From positions 1,824,001 through 1,888,000 of the forward strand of contig CAXXFF010000002.1 of NCBI GenBank assembly GCA_963676835.2: DNA of 64,000 bases, read 5' to 3'. Shown here one piece after another: positions 20,773-32,904 of the stretch (the stretch's first letter is position 1; every line of letters starts with the position of its first letter). The position numbers and the translations under genes are program-made. The stretch is from Marispirochaeta sp. (lineage in GTDB: Bacteria; Spirochaetota; Spirochaetia; JC444; Marispirochaetaceae). The notes beneath the pieces are model-generated. The model was not told the DNA's origin and ran no database searches. It saw only the letters and a list, made by a program, of their open reading frames with translations.

Positions 20773-22839
20773 TTGGAATATGAATTCGCTATAAGCACCT
20801 TTCTGATCATCGGTTTTTTGTCTGTCGCCGTTGCTTCTTCTGTACTGCTCAAGAAGCTGCATTTTCCCTATACCATCGGTCTGGTGGTTATCGGGGCTAT
20901 CTTCGGGCTGCTGGCAAAACAGTTTGATTACGCCCTGTTAGCGGAGCTGACCCTTACTCCCGAAACAATCCTGTACCTTATTCTGCCCACTCTTATTTAT
21001 GATGCCTCCATCAATATGGATCTTCGTGCTTTGCGGAAAAATATTGTTCCCATACTGCTTCTGGCGGTTCTGGGGCTGCTTATCTCCGCCGGAATAATAG
21101 GGGGCCTGCTTTCCTTTTTCTCTGTTCTTTCCATCGGAGCGGCGCTGCTCTTCGGAGCGCTGATCTCCGCCACCGACCCGGTTGCGGTTATCGCCCTGTT
21201 CAGTGAAATAGGTGCACCCCGCAGGCTTGGTACCCTGGTTGACGGGGAGAGTATATTCAACGACGCCACGGCAATTGTTCTGTTTTCTATTATTCTTGCA
21301 GCTATAAACAGCGGCATTCACGATGTGGGAGCCCTCTTTTTAAGTTCTTTTGTCAGCTTTCTTCTGGTACTGTTAGGCGGTCTATCCATAGGGGCATTTG
21401 TAGGTGCTGTGGGCGGCTTTGTTATCCGGCTGCAGAAGGATAATGTGGTTCTGCAGATTACCGTAAGCCTTATTATGGCATACATTTCCTTTATTACCGC
21501 AGATCTGCTGGATGTTTCCGGGGTTATGTCGACCCTTGCTGCAGGGATTGTGGTCTCTCTGATGAGTAATGATGTACTTAAGCATGAGAATCACTACTTT
21601 ATGGAGAACTTCTGGAACTATTTCTCCTTTGTGGCCAACAGCTTTGTATTTCTTCTTCTTGGCCTCACCGAAGCTCACAGTTACGACAGCCTTGGTGCCC
21701 TTGCGGCAACCATGCGGCTCCTGCTTGTTGTGGTTCCTGTTGTAACCCTTGCCCGGGCAGTAATTATCTACCTGCTTATCCCTCTGTATAACCGCTTTGC
21801 AAAGGATGATAAGATCAGCTTTTCCTACCAGACCATCCTCTTCTGGGGAGGGTTGCGGGGAGCGGTTCCGGTGGCGCTGGTGCTGGCCATCCCCGCTTTT
21901 TTCCCCTGGCGGGATACCATCGTGCATATTACCCTCTGGTATATTCTCTTTACCCTGCTGATTCAGGGGACAAGTGTTAAATGGATGATGAAGAAGCTGA
22001 ATATCCGGCCTGAGAAGTCCTATTTTGACTATCATCCCGGAGTGGATTATTCGGTGGATTTTCCCACACCCCGGCTGCTGGAACTGGTCACAAGCCGTCT
22101 TCTGCGAAGCTTTAAGGGTGAAGGGTTCTTTGTTTCCGACTCAGAGCAGGAAGATGAAGAAGACGGCGGAGCGTACCTGCTGAATCGGGGCCAGAAATAT
22201 CTGGCGGTGAGCCGGGCCAATACCCGTCTTAGAATAACCGCAGCAGATGATCAGGACCTTGCCTATGGCAGGCAGACCTTATATGAAACCTTACTTGATC
22301 TGGATAATTCCGTCTCTTCCCTTCAGGAGCTGGTTAAATCTCCGGAGATGAACAGGATTGTTCAGGAAGAGACTGCCGATCCCAAGGCCACATTCAGCCT
22401 GGCACGGTATCTGAAAAAAGAGCTGATAAGTGTCTCTTTAAAAAGCAGCAGCAAGAACGCTGTAATCGAAGAACTTATCGATATTGCCGTTGCTGCCGGC
22501 GTTGCTGATAAAAAGATTGCCCTGGAATCGGTGCTTGAACGTGAAGCCTCCATGTCCACCGGTTTTGAACATGGTGTAGCGATTCCCCATGCGAAATGTA
22601 ATGCTTCGGAAACCATTATTCTTGTGGTGGGCATTAAGAAAGAAGGGATTGATTTTGACTCCCTGGACGGAAATCCTGCGACCATGTTTTTTCTTATTCT
22701 TTCTCCCAAAGCCCAAGTCGGGCCCCATATTCAGCTTGTTGCCGGTATCGGGCGGAAAATGAACAACCCGGATATACGGGAGCAGCTGATTGCCGCGAAG
22801 GATGCGGATGAAGTTATTAATGTGCTGAAGGCGAAGTAG
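20773..22839 (+). CDS. CPA1 Na+/H+ antiporter fused to C-terminal PTS EIIA domain
   Basis: SATDPVAV, GESIFNDA, GGLRGAV; C-terminal EREASMSTGFEHGVAIPHA. Confidence 0.9.
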   Translation: MEYEFAISTFLIIGFLSVAVASSVLLKKLHFPYTIGLVVIGAIFGLLAKQFDYALLAELTLTPETILYLILPTLIYDASINMDLRALRKNIVPILLLAVLGLLISAGIIGGLLSFFSVLSIGAALLFGALISATDPVAVIALFSEIGAPRRLGTLVDGESIFNDATAIVLFSIILAAINSGIHDVGALFLSSFVSFLLVLLGGLSIGAFVGAVGGFVIRLQKDNVVLQITVSLIMAYISFITADLLDVSGVMSTLAAGIVVSLMSNDVLKHENHYFMENFWNYFSFVANSFVFLLLGLTEAHSYDSLGALAATMRLLLVVVPVVTLARAVIIYLLIPLYNRFAKDDKISFSYQTILFWGGLRGAVPVALVLAIPAFFPWRDTIVHITLWYILFTLLIQGTSVKWMMKKLNIRPEKSYFDYHPGVDYSVDFPTPRLLELVTSRLLRSFKGEGFFVSDSEQEDEEDGGAYLLNRGQKYLAVSRANTRLRITAADDQDLAYGRQTLYETLLDLDNSVSSLQELVKSPEMNRIVQEETADPKATFSLARYLKKELISVSLKSSSKNAVIEELIDIAVAAGVADKKIALESVLEREASMSTGFEHGVAIPHAKCNASETIILVVGIKKEGIDFDSLDGNPATMFFLILSPKAQVGPHIQLVAGIGRKMNNPDIREQLIAAKDADEVINVLKAK

Positions 22840-22896
22840 CTTCTGCCTGAAGGGCGGCTTTCCCGCCGCCCTCCGCATGCTAAAACAGGAAAACCT

Positions 22897-23196
22897 CTAT
22901 CCTGCCGTATGCCCTGCAACCTCAAATCCCATCCAGCTTACGGCTCCGCAAAGCTCCGCAACCTTTGGAAATGCTTTCTGATGTTCATCGGAGGCGACCC
23001 AGGCCAGGCGCTGTTCTTCAGTATCAAAGCGCAGCTGAATCTGGTAGCCGTGCATGGTATTGCTCTGCTTCAAAAGAGATACACTTTTAAATCCCTTCTG
23101 AATTGATATTGCCGGGGCAAACACCGTGTCAAAAATCTTTTCCAGCTTTTCGTCTTTTCCCGGAAGAGCTTCCAGGCTTATCTGTAATTCAATCAT
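22897..23196 (-). CDS. ABM (dimeric alpha/beta barrel) domain protein
   Basis: PGK..F....QKGF....L...W..S..H pattern; 99 aa. Confidence 0.7.
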   Translation of the reverse strand: MIELQISLEALPGKDEKLEKIFDTVFAPAISIQKGFKSVSLLKQSNTMHGYQIQLRFDTEEQRLAWVASDEHQKAFPKVAELCGAVSWMGFEVAGHTAG

Positions 23197-23239
23197 TTTC
23201 TTTCCTTATACATAATTAGAAATATCAGTCAGTATTCTC

Positions 23240-23977
23240 TTAAACGGAATAGGACTCAGAAGGTTTCAACTTAACAAGCTTTACCTTCGGGGCTCTTATC
23301 TGCAGGGCTTTTTCAAGCTTTTCGAAATTGAGCATCTGGTTGGGGAAGGTCCCGTGATGGATCGGCAGCATATAGCGGGCGCCCAACAGTTCTGCTGCAT
23401 AGGCTGCTTCCCGAAAACCCATGTTGTATTTACCCCCAATGGGACAGATGGCAAAATCAGGTGCATACAGATCTCGGATAAGGGCCATGTCCAGAAATAC
23501 TCCTGTGTCACCTGCATAATAGATGGTAAAACCGGATTTAAACTCAAGCACATAGCCTGCAGCGCCCGAGCCGGGCATTACGGTCCCGTCCGCCTTGAAC
23601 TCATCGCCCAGGATATCCGAGGTATGCAGGGCCTGAACCATGGTTATGCAGTAATCATCCGTTTCGTAGCAACCGCCGATATTGAGCGGGTATGAACCGG
23701 TGTCATAAGCGATACCCCGTTTGTCTGCATAAATGGCAATTTCCGGGCTGCAGATGAGCTTTGCTCCTGTCTTTTCAACAATCTCCACCGAGTCTCCGAT
23801 GTGATCGTCATGGCCATGGGTTACGCAGACTGTTTCCACCTTGCCGAGATCATCCATGGTTGTTGTGCATTTCGGGTTCCCCTTAATCCAGGGGTCAAAG
23901 AGGATTGAACGGCCGTCGAAGGAGACCTGGACAGAAGCATGTCCAAGCCAGAGAATGTTAACACTGGTTGATTTCAT
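23240..23977 (-). CDS. Metallo-beta-lactamase-fold hydrolase (UPF0173)
   Basis: WLGHA, THGHDDH, YYAGDT, PIHHGTFP. Confidence 0.9.
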   Translation of the reverse strand: MKSTSVNILWLGHASVQVSFDGRSILFDPWIKGNPKCTTTMDDLGKVETVCVTHGHDDHIGDSVEIVEKTGAKLICSPEIAIYADKRGIAYDTGSYPLNIGGCYETDDYCITMVQALHTSDILGDEFKADGTVMPGSGAAGYVLEFKSGFTIYYAGDTGVFLDMALIRDLYAPDFAICPIGGKYNMGFREAAYAAELLGARYMLPIHHGTFPNQMLNFEKLEKALQIRAPKVKLVKLKPSESYSV

Positions 23978-24153
23978 TTTTTCTCCATTCAGATTGGTAA
24001 AATTTCAAAATTCAGTATACACCTGAATTGAGACGGCTGCACTTAAAAAGCGAGATGTCGGTTTCCGGACCGGGTAGAACTCATCTTGTTGCAGTCTCCA
24101 TTGAGCTGGATTATTATTTAAAGTGTTAGATTTATGTTAACAGGGGGCGTCAT

Positions 24154-25278
24154 ATGGCGTACAAGGATCAATATACAGAGTGTGAGTGGGTTGATTTTGA
24201 CCTGCTTGAGAATTTTATGAAAGACTGTCTGCTTAAAAGCGGTCTGCCGCAAAAGGATGCGGAGGTTGTATCCGATATACTTATTACTTCCGATAAGCGG
24301 GGTATCGACTCCCATGGGATCGGCAGGCTCAAGCCTATCTATATTGACCGGATTGACCAGGGGATACTGAACCCGCTGACAAAGATAGATGTGATTAAAG
24401 AAACCTCAACTACTGCTGTATTAGATGGTAATAACGGCATGGGTCATGTGGTCTCAAAAAAGGCCATGAAAATAGCCATTGAAAAAGCCCGTGAAAAGGG
24501 TATGGGAATGGTTGCGGTACGTAATTCCACCCACTATGGGATTGCCGGTTATTATTCTCTTATGGCCTGTGATGCCGGCATGATCGGAATAACCGGTACA
24601 AATGCACGGCCGTCAATTGCTCCGACTTTCGGAGTGGAGAATATGCTTGGAACCAACCCTTTTACCATAGGCTTTCCTACAGATGAAGAATTCCCTTTTG
24701 TGCTGGATTGCGCAACCTCGGTAACCCAGCGGGGTAAGATTGAAATGTACGGCCGGGCGGGAAAGGATCTTCCTCCGGGCTGGGTAATCGGCCGGGACGG
24801 AAAAACCCGGGTGGATACCGATCAGATTCTTGTTGATCTGACTAAAGGAAAAGCAGCCCTGGCACCTCTTGGAGGAGTGGGGGAGGAAACAGCCGGTTAC
24901 AAAGGGTTCGGTTTTGCCACGGTGGTTGAAGTACTTTCTGCTGCGCTGCAGGACGGTTCATTCCTTAAAGATCTGAATGGATTTAATGAAGAGGGAAAAC
25001 GCATCCCCTATCCGCTGGGCCATTTTTTCATTGTGATCAACCCCGATTTTTTTATGGGGCTGGGAATTTTTAAACGTGTGGCCGGAGCAATCATGCGTGA
25101 TCTGCGTAACAGCCAGAAAGCGGAAGGCCATGACCGAATCTACACCGCAGGCGAGAAGGAGTGGGAAGCCTGGCAGTACAGGAAAGAACACGGTTGTCCG
25201 GTTCCGCCAGTTTTGCAGAAGCAGATGCAGGAACTCAGGGACCGCTGGAGTCTCGATTACAAGTTCCCCTGGGATTAG
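24154..25278 (+). CDS. Ldh_2 family (malate/L-sulfolactate-type) dehydrogenase
   Basis: RGIDSHG, RNSTHYG, LGTNP, LDCATS, GYKGFG. Confidence 0.9.
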   Translation: MAYKDQYTECEWVDFDLLENFMKDCLLKSGLPQKDAEVVSDILITSDKRGIDSHGIGRLKPIYIDRIDQGILNPLTKIDVIKETSTTAVLDGNNGMGHVVSKKAMKIAIEKAREKGMGMVAVRNSTHYGIAGYYSLMACDAGMIGITGTNARPSIAPTFGVENMLGTNPFTIGFPTDEEFPFVLDCATSVTQRGKIEMYGRAGKDLPPGWVIGRDGKTRVDTDQILVDLTKGKAALAPLGGVGEETAGYKGFGFATVVEVLSAALQDGSFLKDLNGFNEEGKRIPYPLGHFFIVINPDFFMGLGIFKRVAGAIMRDLRNSQKAEGHDRIYTAGEKEWEAWQYRKEHGCPVPPVLQKQMQELRDRWSLDYKFPWD

Positions 25279-25362
25279 TTTGGAAAACTTTCATTTTTCT
25301 CTGGATTTCGCAGCACTTTTTCATAATATTGATTAGTACAGCCCAACAGGGGAGATAAAGAG

Positions 25363-25554
25363 ATGAATATTTACAGTGTACAGGGAATGAATCAGACTCC
25401 TTCAACGGATCAGTCAAAAGTGAATAGTGTAGATTCTGAGGAAACTCTGGAGAGTCCCGCGGAAAAAGCCAGAGAGCTTGCCACTAACAGCGAAGAGCCA
25501 AAATCATCTTCGCTCCAGAGCTGGCAGGGAAATGTTGTAGACGAAATGGCCTGA
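25363..25554 (+). CDS. Small hypothetical protein
   Basis: RBS GGGGAG, 63 aa, followed by a terminator; C-terminal GNVVDEMA. Confidence 0.6.
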   Translation: MNIYSVQGMNQTPSTDQSKVNSVDSEETLESPAEKARELATNSEEPKSSSLQSWQGNVVDEMA

Positions 25555-25560
25555 AAGAGA

Positions 25561-25595
25561 AAAACCTCTGTGCGGATGCTCTGCACAGAGGTTTT
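25561..25595. terminator. Bidirectional intrinsic terminator
   Basis: AAAACCTCTGTGCGGA-TGC-TCTGCACAGAGGTTTT between convergent genes. Confidence 0.8.
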
Positions 25596-25620
25596 AGTAA
25601 AACTGCTATTAAAGGGATTC

Positions 25621-25926
25621 TCAGGCTGGAATCTTGCCAATCAATTTATCAAGCCATTTTAAGCGTACGTAACCGAAAATTTTGTCCTCTCCGGCAATAT
25701 CCAAAACAGGATACATAACCTTAGCTGCAGATTCTCCCTGGAGATATCTTCGTACTTCCCGGATCTGGTCTTTTGGCAGAAGGTCCACCTGAACGTATCG
25801 GTAGCCATAGCCGAGACTTTCAAGGAGTTCTCTGGCAGTATTGCAGGCTCCACAGTAGGAAAGTGAGTACAGGGTAATTTCGGGTGTCTTAGTCTGTCCG
25901 TCAATTTCTGTATATTCAATTTTCAT
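25621..25926 (-). CDS. Glutaredoxin-like protein (CGAC)
   Basis: ITLYSLSYCGAC...YPVL. Confidence 0.85.
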   Translation of the reverse strand: MKIEYTEIDGQTKTPEITLYSLSYCGACNTARELLESLGYGYRYVQVDLLPKDQIREVRRYLQGESAAKVMYPVLDIAGEDKIFGYVRLKWLDKLIGKIPA

Positions 25927-26320
25927 GTGTTCTCCTTATGTATAGTGAGTTAACAACAAGCCGGCTAACTGTTTATTCATACGCGAATTAACTGTTCCGG
26001 GAATAATGCTATAGCATGCGCGGTAAAGTGTCAATGTTTATTGTGAAAAAATAACATAAAAAATATATGTATGTGAAAATAGCACAAAAATATCTATGCA
26101 GTATGTGCAGCAATGCACCTTATGGAGCGGAAGGTTCCTTATGAAGCCTGAAACAGTACTCGTGCCCCAGGAGGTTCATGAAAATTAATAAGGAAATTAA
26201 TATGGTGATGAAGAGTTACAGCTATGGTGTGTGAATCAAAAATGCAGGGCAGATCAGTGCCTGGGATGTGGTCTGTCGGGCCGCTCTTTGACGGCAGTTT
26301 TTAAATAGAGAGAAAAGATG

Positions 26321-26626
26321 TCAGCATGATGCAGCTCTTTTCAGAGCTCTTTCCCAGAGAATTTGAATAAAGCCGTAAAGCCGGTCTGTATTATTTAACT
26401 CAAGCACCGGGAAGAGTGCCCCGGTTTGCCTCTCTCCCTGCAGTTCCTTGCGTATTCTGCGGCTTTCGTCTTCCGGTAACAGGTCAACGTATACATATCT
26501 GAAGGTATATCCCTTGTTTTTCAGGTATTCCTTTGCACTTTTACAGGCATCACAATATGAAATTGAGTACATGGTTATTTCGGGTACAGTAAGGGGGCCT
26601 TCAACAGTCGTATATTCTAATGACAT
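26321..26626 (-). CDS. Glutaredoxin-like protein (CDAC), paralogue
   Basis: ITMYSISYCDAC...FPVL; same 101-aa length from ATG 26626. Confidence 0.85.
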   Translation of the reverse strand: MSLEYTTVEGPLTVPEITMYSISYCDACKSAKEYLKNKGYTFRYVYVDLLPEDESRRIRKELQGERQTGALFPVLELNNTDRLYGFIQILWERALKRAASC

Positions 26627-26847
26627 ACTCTCTTCTTCCGTTGTTCCTGTATGCTGCAAAGTTCCTTCAGGTAATTATATAGATTGATCATTACTCTGAA
26701 TTTTACAGCGAGGTCGTGACTGAGTCAAATAATTGTTTATGGATTAAATTTGCGAAATGAAGGTGTGGTAAGAAAAAAATCCATGTTCAGCAGGAGCACT
26801 CTGTTCAAACTGGTGTACTCCTGCTGATTGTGATTTTCACACCCGAT

Positions 26848-29085
<2,238 letters not shown>

Positions 29086-29217
29086 TTAGCTGTATTTGGT
29101 TCTTAAGAACGTAGATGCGGATAGATAAAGCCTATCATAAAAACAATTGTTTGGCACAGACTCTTATGGAATAGTCAGAGAAGGTATAGAATTATTCCTG
29201 AGGAAAAAACCCGGAAG

Positions 29218-29413
29218 CTTGAAAAAAGAAAAGCCCCAATCTTTCGATTGGAACAAAACCTGAAGCCGAAGGGCTGGGCCAGCGGTTTGCGAAGCAACAC
29301 CGCGAGCCCGAGCTTGTGCAGGGTTTTCCGAAGGAAAATCCCGAGAGTTGACGCAGAAGCCCGAAAAAGAAAAGGCCCCATTCCGAAGAATGGAGCCTTT
29401 TCTTTTTCGGGCT
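29218..29413. repeat. Structured tRNA-linked repeat, copy A
   Basis: Aligns with 57011-57204, 52603-52685 and 56917-57006. Confidence 0.9.
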
Positions 29414-29454
29414 GGGCGGATTTGAACCGCCGACCCCTTGTCCCCCAGACAAGT
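29407..29454 (-). repeat. Duplicated 3' 48 nt of tRNA-Pro (att site)
   Basis: Identical to 57198-57245; D-arm and 5' acceptor strand absent. Confidence 0.95.
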
Positions 29455-29664
29455 CCCCCTTATCCTACGGGTTCCTTTGTATTCCTACTATAACTATATA
29501 AAAGTATATTGAGTAGACAATTAAGTCAATGTTATTCCCAAGTGTTACCTCGGATTCCCGTTCCAAGGGAAAGATTTTTTGGTCACAAATTTGGCTACAA
29601 ATTTATTCTATGTGATATAGATATATTAGTAGCACTATAATTACTGGCTACCGTTGAAAAGTAA

Positions 29665-30471
29665 CTATGAATGATCCTGATACGAGTTGCTTGGTGAATA
29701 CCCCATAGCCACGGAAACCTTTTTTCCAGTTTCTCTAAGTTCGCTAAGTATTTCATTTTCCAAGGTGTTCCTAGCAATAATTGCGGTGGAGCATGAGACA
29801 CTGATAGCCGCAACGCACTGAGAATGATGATTGAGTACTGGAACTGAGATGCACTGCATCCCTAATGCATGCTCCTGCAAATCTAGTGAATATCCACGCT
29901 GCTTGACTAATTCAAGATCATCTAACAATTTAGTTTTATCGGTAATAGTAAAATTAGTTTTAGGCTTCATCTCAAGATCTTTAATAATTGTCTCAAGAGC
30001 TCCTCGCTCCAGATGAGCCAGCAGCACTTTTCCGGCGGCGGTAGAGTATAGATCTGTTCGCAGGCCAATGAAGGAAGAGCATTTCAAAGCTCCAGGCTGA
30101 TGGTTAACATCCACCTTATCCACATAAACGGCCTCTTTGTTATCGAGAACCAGTAGATGCACTGTCTCACTTAAGTTGCGGCTTAGCTCCTCAAGATAAA
30201 AATGTCCTCTTTCTCTTACGTTTACTCGCTGAAGATAGGATTGCCCGGCCCTTACAAGACTCAAACCTATATCGTACTTGCGTGTTTCATCATCTTTCTG
30301 CAGATAACCCATTTCGGTCAGGGTCTTTATGTGATGATGCAGGGATGATTTGTTGTAGCCTAGCGCTTCAGCAATCTCCTTGATGCTCAGGGGCCTGTTT
30401 TTGTTGAATATGGTTTCAATAACCCCGATAGCTTTGCCTACAGTGTTAAGTTTTTTTTCGGAAACTTCCAT
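29665..30471 (-). CDS. IclR family transcription regulator
   Basis: HTH LSIKEIAEALGYNKSSLHH; SETVHL, STAAGKVLLA, GYSLDLQE, AAISVS. Confidence 0.92.
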   Translation of the reverse strand: MEVSEKKLNTVGKAIGVIETIFNKNRPLSIKEIAEALGYNKSSLHHHIKTLTEMGYLQKDDETRKYDIGLSLVRAGQSYLQRVNVRERGHFYLEELSRNLSETVHLLVLDNKEAVYVDKVDVNHQPGALKCSSFIGLRTDLYSTAAGKVLLAHLERGALETIIKDLEMKPKTNFTITDKTKLLDDLELVKQRGYSLDLQEHALGMQCISVPVLNHHSQCVAAISVSCSTAIIARNTLENEILSELRETGKKVSVAMGYSPSNSYQDHS

Positions 30472-30538
30472 GAGAATTTCATAATACGAAATGTCGATTG
30501 TAGTCAAGAAAAAAGTGTTCATATTAAGAGTTGTCCTG

Positions 30539-30590
30539 TTGACAAATAAAAAACGCACCCTTAGTATATATATATGAAACGGAGTTTCAA
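30539..30590 (+). promoter_or_regulatory. Sigma70 promoter with KdgR/IclR-like operator
   Basis: TTGACA(30539)-N17-TAGTAT(30562); palindrome TGAAAC-GGA-GTTTCA at 30575-30589. Confidence 0.7.
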
Positions 30591-30613
30591 ATAGAGAAAC
30601 GATAGAGGGTGTT

Positions 30614-31087
30614 ATGGATCATAAAACACTGGCTGAAGAAGCGATTAGAGTCATCAGGCCTGCCATAACTGTTCTGTTAAACGAGAAAGCCAAACGCAGG
30701 GATATGCATGTTGTAGTTATGGATCCCACGAAGAAACCCTGGGAGACTGGTTTCGAGGAGGCGATCCTCTATGAATGCTCATTTAGCGATAAATCAAATT
30801 GGGAGAACCCTTACGATGAGCTGGCGCGGGCGAAAGCTAAACAAGCATGGAGGGATGGCAAAGGGAATATGCATAAGCACCTGAATGCTCCCGCAACCCT
30901 GTCCTCGGGTGATGTGACCTTTTACGGATCCTTTGAGTATGAAGGAGTTATTGTTGCCGCCAGCGGCATAGAGCCCTGGTTTGATGTGCTGGTAAGTGGT
31001 TGGATTGTATTAACGGTACAACAGCTGGCTCAGGATTGGTACCAACGGTTCAAATGCGAAAATCCCTCTGCCTTCTATATCCCCTGA
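30614..31087 (+). CDS. Hypothetical protein, distant GlcG/HbpS-like
   Basis: HVVVMD...ARAKAKQA...GVIVAASG....D pattern resembles the GlcG fold. Confidence 0.55.
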   Translation: MDHKTLAEEAIRVIRPAITVLLNEKAKRRDMHVVVMDPTKKPWETGFEEAILYECSFSDKSNWENPYDELARAKAKQAWRDGKGNMHKHLNAPATLSSGDVTFYGSFEYEGVIVAASGIEPWFDVLVSGWIVLTVQQLAQDWYQRFKCENPSAFYIP

Positions 31088-31135
31088 TATTTCCGGAATC
31101 CATATCAGTACGGGATAAAACAAATTACAAGGAAA

Positions 31136-32326
31136 ATGAATATGACGAATTTTGAATGGAGTATGCCGACCAAGTTGAACTATGCAGAAGGAAACCTCGA
31201 GAAGGTTGGCGAATTAACCAAGGGATTTGGCACGAAGGCCATGGTTGTTTCGTACGCACAGCCGGGAAAAGGCGTATGGGTTGTAGAGAAGGCGCTGGAG
31301 TCGCTGGATAAAGCAGGAATCTCCTATATTCTCTATGACCGCATTGAACCGAATCCGCGCGTAACAACCATTGATGCCGGAGTGGAAGTCTTTAAGCGTG
31401 AAGCATGTGATTATATTCTCGCCGTAGGCGGCGGTAGTGTTATCGATGCATCAAAGTATATCTCCGCAACAGCGTTTTGTGGTGGATCCTGCTGGGATTA
31501 TGTGATTCTTAAAGAGCGGAAAGAAAAAGTCTATACCGGGGCGTATCCGATTGTAGCGGTGCCTACCGTAGCCGCATCCGGATCGGAAGCCAACGCCGGA
31601 GGGGTGATTACTAATTGGGAGACAAACGAGAAGAGCTTCTGCCGCTCCGAACATAGAATACCCCGGATGGCGATTATCGATCCCAAGGTATTTGCTACCT
31701 TGCCAAAGAAAATTACTCTCGACAGTAGCATCGACATCTTCTCTCATCTGATTGAGCACTATCTTTCCAGCGATGCCGAGTCGGAGATCGCTGACCGGAT
31801 TACCGAAGGGTTGATACTGACAGTAATGGAATGTCTTGACCGGGTAATCGAGGATCCTGAGGATCTAGATGCCAGGGGAGAACTCTCGCTTGCGTCAATC
31901 CTTGGCTGGTCAGGGCTACAGGCCCTTGGTCGAACCGGTTCGATCCCTATCCACTTCATTGAACACCAGCTAAGCGGACACTTCGATGTAAGCCATGGCC
32001 GTGGAATTGCAGTCATTATTCCTCCGTATCTGGAGTATTTTGCTGATGCGAAACCGGCACGCTGGGCAAAACTTGCCCGCCGGGTTTTCGGCGTTGCTGA
32101 GAGGAATGATGTTGCAGCTGCGAAGATGCTTCACCAGAAAGTGCGTGACTGGTTTCAGTCGGTAGGGATGCTGCTGACGTTGACTGATGTAGGGATTACC
32201 GGAAAAAACGAGGTCATTGCTGACGATGTTATTAGGATGTATGGCACTCTGGAGGGAGACAAGGTTCCCGGGGCTCGACCTATGTCTCACAGCGACGTTT
32301 TAAATGTGCTGAATGCAGCTGTTTAG
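31136..32326 (+). CDS. Iron-containing alcohol dehydrogenase
   Basis: GGGSVIDASK, ASGSE, HFIEHQLSGHFDVSHGRG. Confidence 0.92.
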   Translation: MNMTNFEWSMPTKLNYAEGNLEKVGELTKGFGTKAMVVSYAQPGKGVWVVEKALESLDKAGISYILYDRIEPNPRVTTIDAGVEVFKREACDYILAVGGGSVIDASKYISATAFCGGSCWDYVILKERKEKVYTGAYPIVAVPTVAASGSEANAGGVITNWETNEKSFCRSEHRIPRMAIIDPKVFATLPKKITLDSSIDIFSHLIEHYLSSDAESEIADRITEGLILTVMECLDRVIEDPEDLDARGELSLASILGWSGLQALGRTGSIPIHFIEHQLSGHFDVSHGRGIAVIIPPYLEYFADAKPARWAKLARRVFGVAERNDVAAAKMLHQKVRDWFQSVGMLLTLTDVGITGKNEVIADDVIRMYGTLEGDKVPGARPMSHSDVLNVLNAAV

Positions 32327-32675
32327 GTAAAGAATCACTGGTTGCAGGAGTCAGCAGAGTTCGGCCTGTCAGTTCTTTCTGTAGTTGACGGGCCTTATCT
32401 GTTCGAGTCCGCTGATTGTACTAAACGTATACATGGAGTATACGTAAGCTGTGTATTTGTGTGTTTTATAAATTAATGCTGTTCTATGATTAGTCGCCTG
32501 TCATAAGTGGAAAAATTGCTAACCTACATGCGTGTTTACCAATAAGTACTTACTTAAAAGGGTTTTATGCAACAAACTGCACTGTTTCAAATCAGCTGGG
32601 TTACAAATTTCAAACCATTAGACAATAAGAGAATACAAGAAGTATACAAAAAGACTATTAATGAAACGATTTAGT

Positions 32676-32704
32676 TTGACATAAAAAAATACATGAAGTA
32701 TACT
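32676..32704 (+). promoter_or_regulatory. Sigma70 promoter of second tct operon
   Basis: TTGACA-N17-TATACT. Confidence 0.7.
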
Positions 32705-32904
32705 AATAAACGAAATTGATTCCATATCGAAGAAGTTCATAAAAATCAAGACATAGAAAAAGTTATTGAAGGCCCGTCAGGCATGCCTGCAGGCTGAATA
32801 GCAGATGCGCGTGCGTTTTGCTTGTGTGTCTATCGTTTGCGCTGGTTGTAGCAATCTGCATATGTAGATGAGCAACATATATATCCATCGGATAAGGAGT
32901 GTTT

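Noticed and set aside
29407..29454. Second tRNA-Pro gene
   Set aside because: Lacks the D-arm and 5' acceptor strand; it is an att duplication.
32705..32904. Riboswitch in the ~200-nt tctC leader
   Set aside because: No recognisable aptamer consensus by eye; an Rfam/Infernal scan would be needed.
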